A stretch of DNA of 63,986 bases, the filler included, from Octopus bimaculoides (lineage: Eukaryota): NCBI RefSeq assembly GCF_001194135.2. It is 5 parts of 2 records of this genome, joined end to end, with 100 filler letters (N's around TTAATTAATTAA, not from the genome) between each part and the next. Parts side by side here need not be neighbours in the genome. Positions count along the whole stretch, not along the records: positions 1 to 25,881 come from NC_068986.1; 4 more parts are not named here. One strand, given 5' to 3'. The notes below the pieces were generated by a model. It was not told the origin of the DNA and did not search any database. It saw nothing but the letters and a program-made list of their open reading frames with translations. This document shows positions 1 to 11,323 of the stretch, one piece after another; positions within the stretch are counted from its first letter, which is position 1; each line of letters starts with the position of its first letter. The translations under genes and the position numbers were made by a program.

Positions 1-289
1 TCGTTACCAACGTTGCCTTCTAGCACTTGTGCTGGTGGCATGTTAGAAAATCATTTGAGCGTGGCCGTTGCCAGTACCATGTGACTGGCCCTCGTGCCGG
101 TGGCATGCAAAAGCACCCACTACACTCTTGGAGTGGTTGGCGTTAGGAAGGGCATCCAGCTGTAGAAACTCTGCCAGATCACATTGGAGCCTGGTGCAGC
201 CATCTGGTTCACTAGTCCTCAGTCAAATCGTCCAACCCATGCTAGCCTGGAAAACAGACATTAAACGATGATGATGATGATGATGATGA

Positions 290-295
<6 letters not shown>
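1..295 (+). mobile_element. RTE 3'-tail / SINE-like repeat copy (truncated at window start)
   Basis: gagtggttggcgttaggaagggcatccagctgtagaaac...ttaaac followed by a (GAT)n tail; same family as the 3' UTR of the RTE at 928-3656 and copies at 16148, 25660 and 35325. Confidence 0.85.
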
Positions 296-334
<39 letters not shown>

Positions 335-807
335 CATGCTTATATGGGCACAGGACACCACAGAACATAAACAACATAAAATAAACATGAAATACGATAA
401 CATGGAATAAGAACTTTTTTTGCAAACAACGAAAGAAACAAACAGAAAACAAGACAAGCGACATGCAAAAGTGACCCTTCATCAGTTGTTGACTGTTTTT
501 CTACTTCGTATTTCAAGCATTTCACAACAAGATACGTTTCCGACATAACAGCTGCTCCCGCAAAGAAATGAAATAATATTTGGGATTTTGCAGAGGGTCA
601 AAATTGGTAACAAAAACAAGACAGTGAAAACAGACAGGAAGGGTTGCTAAGCCTAGACGAGTTGAGTTGGTGAATGTGGAGAAACAAGCTCTGACAGGAG
701 ACAGACAAGAATGTGTCCAATCCTTGTGACTGATCAGAGAGAAAGAAGGAAATTCAAGTTAGGAGAAAAAAGATTGCCGACTGTCACACATGAGCAATGA
801 GAGATCA

Positions 808-838
<31 letters not shown>

Positions 839-927
839 TTAATTTTTTAATTTTAATTTTATCTAGTTTCAGCTCATGAACTGTGGCCATGCTGGGGCAC
901 TGCCATTATATATATGTATATATATAT

Positions 928-3656
928 GACAGCGGGATACATGGTTGCTCTTAAATACAAAGACTATCCCTGGTGAAGAATGCACCCCCCAACATAGAGT
1001 AGTTATTAGTGAGTTTAGACTCGAGGCCAGAAGGATGCCAAAAAGCAGAACAATCTGGAAAAGAAGGACTTGGAAGCTTAAGAACCCTTCACATGGTCAG
1101 AGATTTGGAGATATTCTTACCAAGAAATTTGATGATAGGGAGGAGAAGCTACAGCTGGGAATTCCTGCGAGACAGCTTGCTGAGTGCCACAGACCAAATC
1201 TGTGGCTGGTGCAAAGTCCCTTCAAGACCCAGGGTAATATGGTGGTGGAATGATACTGTAGACAGTGCCATTAGAGCGAAGAAATAGGCTTGTACTGCCT
1301 GGAAGAGTAGGGGTAGCAGGAGAATGTATCAGATAGCCAAAAGGGAAGCTAAGAGACAGGCCAAGGGAGTAGCAGAAAAGAAGTTTGCCTATATTCAGTA
1401 CCATGAGGATCAAAGAATTGAAGTGTTTTGGATTTGAAGACAGTGTGTGAGAGAAAACCATGATGTTATAGGAGAGAAATGTATCCACATTGATGATGGT
1501 ACCCTTGTGTTTAATGATTCTGCAAAGAGAGAAGCTTGGAGAAGCCATTACGAAAGACTGCTGAATGTAGAGAATGAATGGGTGGAGGAGAGTCTGCCAA
1601 AGGTTGACCCACTTGTGGGACCAGCTATCTGAATCAACAGTGCCCAGGTAGATAAACCAGTTAAGGATATGAAGGCAGGGAAAGCACCTGGCCCATCAAA
1701 TATTACCGCTGGGATGCTTAAAATACCAGGCGGTGTGGGCCATAGTCTTGTCACCCACATTGTAAATCAAGTAGTTCATGAAGGTGTCATACCCAATGAC
1801 TGGTGTAGTAGCACCATAGTCAACTGTTACAAAGGTAAAGGTGATACTTTAGATAGAAATAACTACAGGGGTATCAAATTAATGGATCAGGTGATGAAAG
1901 TTACAGAGAGGATCATGATTAGGGAGGTAGTTAGCCCAGAGGAGATACAGTTCAGCTTTGTGTCAGGCACTGATGCTATATTTCTGGTAAGGCAACTGCA
2001 GGAGAAATACCTGGCTAAAAATAAACCTCTGTACTTAGCTTTTGTTGACTTGGAGAAAGCCTTTGACAGGATCTCCTGATCCCTTATCTGGTGGTCAATG
2101 CAGGAACTGGGGATAGATGAGTGGCTGATAAGAGCTGTACAAGCCCTGTACAGAGATGCTGTCAGTAAGGTGAGGGCTGGCAACGAGTATAGTGAAGAAT
2201 TCTGAGTAGAAGTAGGGGTTCCCCAAGGATCAGTCCTCAGCCCCCGCTTATTCATTGTAGTCCTCCAAGCAATAACAGAAGAATTCAAGTCAGGCTGCTC
2301 CTGGAAGTTCCTCTATGCTGACGACCTTGCTGTAATAGCTGAGTCACTGCCAGAACTGGAGACGAAGTTTAAGGTGTGAAAGCAAGGTCTAGAATCGAAG
2401 GGTCTTAGGGTTAACCTAGCAAAAACCAAAATCGTAGTAAGTAGGAAGGCTGTCAAATCACAACCCCCTTCAAGTAGATGGCCCTGCTCGATTTGTAGAA
2501 AAAGCATGGGTAGAAACTCCATATGATGTACTCAGTGTAAGCTATGGACACATAAAAGGTGTAGCAATATCAAAGGAAAGTTAACCGGGAAAATAGTTTT
2601 TATGTGTGGCAGATGCACTAGGGCAATAAACACTGAAGATGTACAGAAAACTGATTCCAGGAGGAGGAGAACTAGAAGTAGTTAATAGCTTCTGTTACCT
2701 AAGTGACCAAGTTTGTAGTGGGGGCGGCTGCTCTGAGAGCATAGCAACTAGAGTAAGAATAGCCTGGGCAAAGTTCAGGGAGCTCCTACCTCTGCTGGCA
2801 ACTAAAGGTCTCTCGCTCAGAGTGAAAGGTAGACTGTATGATGCATGTGTGCGAACAGCTATGCTACATGGCAGTGAAAATGGGCTGTGACTGCTGAGGA
2901 CATGCGTAGGTTTGAAAGAAATGAAGCTAGTATGATCTGCTGGATGTGTAATGTCAGTGTGCATACACGACAGAGTGTAAGTGCCCTGACAGAAAATTTG
3001 GACATAAGAAGCATCAAATGTGGTGTGCAAGAGAGGTGACTGTGCTGGTATGGCCATGTGTTATGTGTGAATGAAGACAGCTGTGTGAGGAAGTGCCACT
3101 CCCTAACTGTAGAAGGAACCTGTGGAAGAGGTAGACCCAGGAAGACATGGGATGAGGTCGTGAAGCATGACCTTCGAAAATTGGGCCTCACAGAGGCAAT
3201 GACAGGAGAATGAGAACTTTGGAGATATGCTGTGATTGAGAAGACCTAGCAACTAAAATGAGATCACAGCCATGCATGTCCGGCCCTGTTAAGAATACTC
3301 TGATGCATTGGGCGATATGATATGCTTGAAAAGACCTGCTGAGTCAAGTAAAACCAATATTGTAGCTGGGGCCAGTGCCCCTGGCTGGCTCCCGTGCTGG
3401 TGACATGTAAAAAACACCATCCGAACCATGGTCAATGCTAGGTCCGCGTGACTGGCTCCCGTGCCGGTAGTATGTAGAAAGCACCAACCAAATGTGGTTA
3501 ATGCCAGGTCACCTGACTGGTTCCTGTGCAGGTAGCATGTAAAAAGCACCAACTGATCATGATTGATGCCACTACCTCCTGACTGGTTCCTGTGATGGTG
3601 GCACGTAAAAAGCACCTACTACACTTTTGGAGTGGTTGGCATTAAAAAGGGCATCT
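928..3656 (+). mobile_element. 5'-truncated, degenerate RTE-clade LINE (APE C-terminus, RT, C-terminal region, 3' UTR with ~65-bp tandem units)
   Basis: IPGEECTPQHRVV (APE end); KAPGPS, YRGIKL, AFVDLEKAFDR, PQGSVLSP and YADD (2314-2325); GRGRPRKTW; stop at 3247-3249; multiple in-frame stops and frameshifts; four ~65-bp repeats at 3370-3620. Confidence 0.93.
2485..2616 (+). other. C4HC3 PHD-type zinc finger inside RTE ORF2
   Basis: CSIC-x10-CTQC-x4-H-x2-C-x14-CGRC in the same frame as YADD; one TGA at 2524. Confidence 0.8.
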
Positions 3657-4790
3657 ATGGGGAGCTTTGAAGGGGCTGAAATCACCGACTTCGTTGGGTT
3701 ATACATTTTGGATGCTCTCAAGAGATGTTCCCATCTACATAGATTGGCCCTTAGTAGGGACAACAGCCTGGCTATCTCAAACCATATGAAAGGCCACACC
3801 ATGGACAGGTTCAGGAAGGACTTGATAAAAAAATTCAAAGAGTTCGACCTGTCCATAACAATTACCACCAATTGACTACTTGATTTTTTGGACATAACCT
3901 TAGACCTGAATACAGGAAATTACTATCCCAACAGGAAGCCAAATGAAAAAATGGTATACATCCACAAGAGCTCATCCCCACCATTGTAATTAGATTAGAA
4001 ACCAGGAATCAGGCATTAGCAAACCAGTATCTAAACTCTCGGCCAATAGAGAGATCTTTAATAGGGTAACTCCCCCACCACAATGATGCTTTGGCTAGGA
4101 GCGGATTTTCTGAGAAGCTCACCTATGTGGATGAACCACAAACCCCACCTCTTCTCACCCCAAGAGAATTAGGAAAAGGAAAATTATCTGGTTTAACCCC
4201 TGCATGTAACCTAGAAGTTTCTACAAACATAGCCAGATGTTTTCTATCATTGAGAAACATTTCTCCAGAGGTCATAAGTATTACTAACTCCTGCTTAGAC
4301 AACATTGCATCTAACATTGCACAGATTAACAGATGTAAAAATGCACCCACATAATCCCCAACTCCAACCTGCAACTATCAAAACTCCACCACCTGTCCTC
4401 TAAAAGCATCCTGCTTCTGAAGGGCTGTAGTATACAGAGCCACCCTTACATCATCTGATGGCACTATATGGATATGACAGCCAATAATTTCAAAGGAAGG
4501 TACTCCCAGCACATGCACTCATTCAGATCCAGCAATAGAGAGAACTCCATTTAACTGTCGTCTTTTCAGAGGTGACTCCATTACCTCTGAAACAAAACAC
4601 CCAGCATCAAATGGACTATTGTCGACAGAGTGCCGCCATATTCACCTGGCATCCCTACCTACCAGCTCTGCCTCAATGAAAATCTGCACATCATCTACCA
4701 ACCTGAAGTATCCATCAACAAAAAATGTGATCTATCCTATTGCCATCACCAGAGGTATGACCTGGTAAATTTCAAGCCACTGGTCACAGA
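3657..4790 (+). mobile_element. Degenerate Penelope-like element (YRDD-type RT thumb plus GIY-YIG; Naiad-like by inference)
   Basis: MGSFEGAEI..VGLYIL, SRDNSLA (decayed YRDDGLA), DFLDITLDL, CNxxxxxxCPLxxxC..VVYRATL..YMDMT..FKGRYSQH, IKWTI..PYSPG..LCLNE; directly abuts the truncated RTE tail. Confidence 0.85.
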
Positions 4791-5489
4791 GAACCTGGAT
4801 GTACTTCCTCAGTACAAGCTGCCACCTGCATCATCTGCACCAAGGTCACCGTCACCAACTAACCCCTATGAGCAGCACTGGAAAAGACCAATCTCCAATG
4901 CTTCTTCAAGCCTGTTTACTTCATAACCTCACCCTTTGTACATAACCACATGAGTACATGTGTATGCATGAGTGTGCATACACGTGTGTATACATCTGCA
5001 CGATATATAGGCACATGCATACACACATATGCATATACACATATATACTCACACATCCACTGCTTCTTCCTACTTCTCCCTGTCACCAACCACGCGGCTG
5101 ATTTCCTGTTCACAGTGTGGTCAATTTTCTGTTCACCATGTAATATTTTCCAAGTAATTGTTGTTGCTGAAATACCAACATCAAACTGTGATACCGCATA
5201 AACTTACTTGACCAATCGCAGGCTAATATCCTTAATAAACATTGATTCTCTTCAATCGTCCTCTCATCCAAACTCCAATAGCTGAAGATTAGTGCCATTC
5301 TTGAAACTCAAAGTACTAAGGAGTTTGGATCAAACTGTTTTGATTCATATGTATATACGAGCAGAGATACCCAGCACCTGGCATTGTTTGGGATTAAAAT
5401 GGCATAGTTTGTATATATATTAGTTATGTTGAAATATGTGATACGGGAAAGTGCAGCATTGACGACAAAATATTTGTGGAGTAAGTGAT

Positions 5490-6179
5490 GGGCCAATTTT
5501 ACTAAGCAACATGTCATGCATCCATTTGGAGGATTCCAGGCCTTAACCTGTCATAAAAAATTGGGAGTGGGGGTGTATGTGATTTTTGAATGTACTGAAA
5601 TACTATGTAACATCATCTTCTTTACCACGAGGTGTGTCCCATTGCAGAGTGTTGGTGGATCCAAATTCCTCAATAACATTACCAAAGTTCCCACTTTAAG
5701 TTCCAATCTGTGTGGAGGTAGTCCTGGAGTCCTCAATGAATTGAGAAATTCTGTTGGATAACTTACCACTTATTCTGGATCTGGGATTGTATCAACTGAC
5801 TTATAGATGTGAGGACTTTCAGGAAAATACTGCTGCAGCTGCTCATTAATTTTACTTACATTGTTGTTTTTTTTTGGAGCCAGTATTGCTGTTTTACACA
5901 GCCAATTGAGATTGTGATAATTTTTTGACCAATGGATGTAAGGGAGACTATCAATTTCTGAAAGTTACTTTGCAAAGAGCTATCTCCATTCTCCATGTAA
6001 CCCAGGAAAGGGTGTTTTCTGCTCCCAGAGGGCCCGTTCCTCATTATATGAAAAGTTTTAAGAGTCTAAAATCATTTCTGGAACATAAGTAATCTGTGTT
6101 TCCAGTTTGGAGAAAATCAGTAGTGAACTCCAGAAGTTATGTGGGTTTACACACACAAACAACCTTACTTTTATATATA
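5490..6179 (-). mobile_element. Helitron derivative (downstream tandem unit) with PIF1-helicase remnant
   Basis: [63 protein letters not shown]; starts TATATATAAAAGTAAGGTTG(TG)n right after the CTAG of the upstream unit; its 3' end was not located. Confidence 0.8.
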
Positions 6180-7544
6180 CTAGCAGGCGTACCCGGCGTT
6201 GCTCGGGGCTGTTTGTTAAGTATCCTGTTTGGCTATTAGACCATTCACTGAATGAAAGAAATCATAATGGCAGATGTTCCCTGTGTTGTTTGATTTATTT
6301 AGCATAATAATGAACATGCAGAGTCATATGCCCACACCATTGTCATTGTTTTCCATTAGGACAGTAGGTCGATCTGTAAAAAACCAGCAGTAATTGAGTT
6401 TATTTTCCTTACCACATAACTGCTGACATGTGCTGTTTAGCAGATGAAAAGGTTGAGCCTAAAGATTTGACATCAAGAGAATTAGTATGTTTACTTGCTG
6501 TTTCACTGGGTTGCACATACAACATTATCAGAACAAAAACTTTGACATGTGGCCTGTGCCAAAAAAAAATGCAAAGTGTAGTATCTGTTGCCTACCTCAC
6601 AATTGAGTGCACTTAACGGAGAGCATACTGTGAAGATTACGCTAATGAAATAAATAAGGTGACAAGAGTATGGTTACCTGATGTTTTTCTGTTTGCCGCA
6701 TAGAGTAACATCCGTTGTTGTCTTTCCCCTGTAGTCTCTGTAGCACACACAGCAGCAGTTGCTGCAGTATCTCTTGTAAGTTGATCTGCACATTGTGCTA
6801 AAGTCTCTGCAGCTTGTGCAACAGCAGTTGAGGAAGTATCTCTTGCAAATCGAACTGTGCATTGTGCTGCAGTCTCTGAAGCTTGTGCAGCAGCAGTAGA
6901 GGAAAAATTTCTTGTTCAGTGTGCTGAATATTGCTCTGGGCAGCTCATTGCACAGCAATATCACGCTGAAGTCATCCAAAGTGGGCCAATTTGACTAAGC
7001 AACATGTCATGCATACGTTTGGAGGATTCCAGGCCTTAACCTGTCATAGAAAATTGGGGGTGGGGGTGTATGTGATTTTTGAATGTACTGAAATACCATG
7101 TGACATCATCTTCTTTACCATCAGGTGTGTCCCATTGCAGAGTGTTGGTGGATCCAAATTCCTCAATAACATTACCAGAGTTCCCACCTAAGTGCATTGA
7201 GAGAGTTCTGCCTAGTGGTGTCCTCAGCGGATTCATTTGCATGCATGCGTTTACTTTTCTTTGCAGCATTTGTTTGCTGACCTATACTGGATCTTTTACG
7301 TTGAGGCATGGTGGAAAATTATCTCTTTATGCAATAGAAAACGTCCTAAGGAAAAAGCGGTGAATGTGTAGCACCCAAAAAATAGTAAAATGTAGTTGGC
7401 AAAAATGTTAATCAAACAGACCGAATTAAAGATTTTTAATTTTGGATAAGAGTTTTGAAGTGGCTAGTTTAAGTTGGAATAATTATATGAAAAAGAGCAC
7501 TCACGTGAAAACAGGGGCAAATCGTAACTCGCAAATGAATACTG

Positions 7545-9145
7545 CATTTCTTTATTACCCACAAGAGGCTTACAAAGAAGGGACAATACAAACACATGTG
7601 GGGACATATAAAAACGAGGAAAAATAATTAAATGTATGATATAAATGAATGATACAATGAAAATGATAATGAAAATGAGCTACTTGCCCCACCCTCAAGC
7701 AGCATCACTTACTTCCTTTTTATCCTTTAAATTCTGTGTTTCTCAAAATGTCTATTCGATAATTTTTAACCAGTTCTTCATACTGCATACTGTCTGGTAA
7801 TACCTTTATATCACAGTTCACTTTCCAATACTTATATCCAACCTTGTATTTCTCTATCTCATTTTTCCATCTATCTGGCACTAAAATGCATGTGTGCCAT
7901 CCGTCGATGTTTGTCCTTCCTTCCAAGTTAACAAACCTTACATCCTTCCATTTCGTCGTTTTACTCACAAGTTCCATGTCTACTCCTTCGTACATCATGC
8001 ATGCATAACAATTTTCTGTGTGAGGGGAAATTTGTAAGTTTTTGTGTCTCTGTGTTTCCTTTTTGTTTTTGTTTTGTGTCAGAGGGGAATGGGTGGGTTT
8101 GGTGTCTGCGGGGGAGGGGGTTAAGAAGTTATGGGTGGGATGGGTCCAGGTTGGGGTTTCAATTCATTCTGACTTTCTTTCTTTCCCTTCGTCTGTTTTC
8201 TTTCTTCTGCCACCTTTCACAGTTCTTCTTCGACTTTATTGCCTCTTCCACCTTCTCCAGTTCCTTCCTGGCTCCTCTTATTCTGTGAAGGGCAGTCTGC
8301 TCTAATGTGGCCCTTTTGGCCACATTTGAAACATTGAGGGATTCTGCCCTCCAGCCAGACTTTTAACCATATCTCCTATGTCAGGCATTTTTTTGAGATT
8401 TTCGTTTGTGCTTTGTATGATTACTTCTAATGTTTGGCCTTACCAGTGTATTGTTTCCGTTTTTGTGGTTTGGAGGACAGCTATTTGTTCTTCATTTCCC
8501 AGAAGAACAGCCACTGCAACCCAAGCCACATCTATTTTGGGTGGGATTCCCTTCACCCTAATCTTGGGAGTCCTTCTTCCAAGATGCGTGGGTAGGAGTA
8601 CTATTCTTTCTGTCCTCAATGGGACATCTCTGCTGTTTTGAAATGCACCTTTATGGTTCCGTATTGGCTTCCTCTAGCAAGATGTCATATCTTGCCAGAT
8701 TGGCCTTAAAGCCTTTTCAATTGTTTCCACTGACATGCTTTCAATTCTCCTCTCTTCCATCGAATATACCTTGTATATGATTGTTTTTTTCTCCATATGG
8801 TTCAGTACATCCTGGGGTGATGACAACTTTCTGTGACCACCTTCCCTGCATACCATTCTCTTGTAGTTTCTTAAATTTGTCAAATCCACCTCTATTTTCC
8901 TGACCTGCAAAACTTTTCTTTGTTATACTTTCATCCATCTTTTGTACTGCTTGTACGAGCTCCTCTTCCAAAGAAGATTATTTAGACCCACTAAGGTTTG
9001 AATAAAACATATTTCTTGCAGGTATGGCCAACTCTCCTCACACGCGGAGAGAAAGCACAAACAGAAAAACTGCTGCAAAGCAGCACAAGACAATCAACAA
9101 TTCTTCAAAACACTAGCCTGATACGAGCCTCGCAAATGTATACTG
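7545..9145 (-). mobile_element. RT-less ORF1(CCHC) plus small-ORF element, unit A
   Basis: Decayed ORF1 with EGRIPQCFKCGQKGHIRADC (8292-8333); small ORF 7720-7998; 3' end GTGGGTAATAAAGAAA; 5' start CAGTATACATTTGCGAG. Confidence 0.7.
7720..7998 (-). CDS. Orphan 92-aa ORF of unit A (homologous, frameshifted copy at ~9330-9615)
   Basis: Open frame MMYEG..WKDVRFVNL..DGWHTCIL..YKYWKVN..MQYEELVKNYRID; aligns with WRDVRVIDM..ERWHCCLL..YECWRID..MTYMQLLEEYQID in unit B. Confidence 0.5.
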   Translation of the reverse strand: MMYEGVDMELVSKTTKWKDVRFVNLEGRTNIDGWHTCILVPDRWKNEIEKYKVGYKYWKVNCDIKVLPDSMQYEELVKNYRIDILRNTEFKG

Positions 9146-11323
9146 TGTTTCTTTATTACCCACATGGGCCATACATAGAGGGGACAATACAAAACATGTG
9201 AGGATACAAAACCAAGACTAAACAAAACAAAGGGAAAATAAAATTACAAATGTATGTAAAATGAATGAGAAGATGAAAATGAAAAAAATGAAATGAAACT
9301 CCTTGGCCCCACCTCCAAGCAGCTTCATTAATACCTTTAACACTTTTTTTAAAAAACTTTGTTCCTGCCATCATGTCTATTTGATACTCTTCCAACAGCT
9401 GCATGTATGTCATAAACCACAGTAACTCATCTGTGTTCAGGTCTATTCTCCAACATTCATATCTATTTTAAAAGATTGTTACTATTTCTTTCTGTTCCTC
9501 CGTTAATAATAGGCAACAATGCCATCTTTCGATATTATCATGTTTAGACATGTCTATCACTCTAACGTCTCTCCATGTTATTTCATCACACAGCCCTTCA
9601 TTAGAAGAGTCATGCATAAATAAGTACATAACCATTTTTCTTTTTTTTTCTGAGGAGGGGAAGTTTGAAATTTTGTTTCTGCATGTACACTTTTTTGTAT
9701 CAGAGGGGTGTGGGAAGGTTTGGTATCTGTAGAGAGAGGATGGGACGAAGAGAGTGTGGGACGAAGAGAGTGTGGGACGAAGAGAGTGTGGGTGGGTGTT
9801 GAGTGCTTATGGGGTGGGATTCTGTGTCTCTTGAACTTTTTCCTTTTTCTCATTCTCATTTTCCTTGTACTCTTCTTTTCTCCTTCAGTCTCTTCTCCTT
9901 CGAACTCTATATGTTCTTCCTGGGGTTCCTCCTATAGTTGTTCGGTTTCTCTGGTCTGTGAAGGGCAGTTTGCTCTAATGTGGCCCTTTTATCCATCCAT
10001 AAATCTCTCAAACTTTCCATCAGGTATCATAACACCCCTATCATCCACATCAAATTCTTCTCTTGACAGCTTCACTCTCACCAGTCCCTTCCATTTCGCA
10101 ATTTTTCTCTCCCCATCCACACTCTTCTCATACGCTACCAAGGCACCCTTATATTTACATTGCTCTTCTATCGTTTTTTCCTCTCTCTCTTGCATATTTT
10201 TGACTTCAAGTCCTTCCTTACCTTTCTTTGGTTCTGCTAAATTCTCACCTGCCTTTGTTCTCTTCCTTCTTTTGGGGCTGACAAAACCATCTCTCCCCTC
10301 CTTTGTTTCTTTCACCTCACTCTTTTCTTTCTCTTTAACTTCCTGGGTACAATCCTCCTCATTTTTATCTTTCCTTGTATGTAATTTCTCCTCCGTCTCC
10401 CTCTCCTGCTCCTTCTCCTCTACCTTCTTGCTATGCATGTACTGAAACAAAGGCACTGAGTCTTCATGTGACCCCTCACACCGCATATGTAACAGTTTGG
10501 TTTCCGACCTTCTACTACCACATTCAATGTTTTTTCTTCCTCTATCTCAATCTGGTAGGGGATCCGTTCTATGTCCTGAAATGTTGCAATCAGCCACATC
10601 TCGACCCCAAATCCCCACCAGTTCAGCTTTTTCATCTCTCCAACTGGTCCTAGTTCTGGGTTGTCCTTGGTTGCAGCCAGGATAGCCACCACCAACCACT
10701 CAGTTTTAATCTCGGGTGGCACTCTTGCTATCCTAATTCTGACACTGCACCTTCCCTTGTATGTGGGTAATAACACCACTTTATCTGTCCTCAGGATCGT
10801 GGTAGAGTGTGAGGCCACCTCTTTCTTTGCGGCAAACCTCACCTCCACCGTGCCAAATCTTTTTCCTCTGCCAATGTACTTTGTTTTTTTTGTAATTTCT
10901 CCTAAGCATTCTTCAATTTCTTTTTCTGTTATTCTCTCTATCTTGTTAGTGGCAACTGCTTGAGTGCGATACATTACTGTTTTTTCACTTATCTCTTTTA
11001 CAGTCTCTTGCAGAGGGATCAACTTAATGGTATCTCTCTTCTTCTTTATCAGCTCAACACTCCTCAAAATTTCTTCCAAGTCAATATCAATCTGTCTTGC
11101 TTCTAATGGCGCAGCTGTCCCTGCCGTCATGATCTTCACATAGCTCTCCATACTGAAAAGCTACATTTCTTTTTCCACCCACAATGGGGAAAAAGAACAG
11201 TAAAAACAACAGCAGCAAATAACAAACTCACACGATAACAAATTCAACAAATTTCAACAGCAATCTCAACATAATCTCAAAACACACTACCTTCTTCCTT
11301 CAGACTGGGGTCAAAAATGACTG
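9146..11323 (-). mobile_element. RT-less ORF1(CCHC) plus small-ORF element, unit B (chimeric)
   Basis: ORF 10420-11151 with VVVEGRKPNCYICGVRGHMKTQC; second partial knuckle KGHIRANC at ~9960-9990; same AATAAA 3' end as unit A; 5' start CAGTCATTTTTG. Confidence 0.7.
10420..11151 (-). pseudogene. LINE ORF1/gag-like protein with CX2CX4HX4C zinc knuckle
   Basis: 243-aa open frame; the LRTDKVVLLPTYKGR..RIRIARVPPEI block is shared with unit A (LRTERIVLLPTHLGR..KIRVKGIPPKI); continues by frameshift into a K/E-rich tail (9989-10486). Confidence 0.75.

Noticed and set aside
440-560. GAAACGTA and CTGATGA hammerhead-like words on the minus strand
   Set aside because: Order and pairing do not give helix II; cannot be folded into a valid core
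3370-3620. Regular ~65-bp repeats resembling a CRISPR array
   Set aside because: Whole units are homologous with no unique spacers; they are tandem repeats of the RTE 3' UTR in a eukaryotic context
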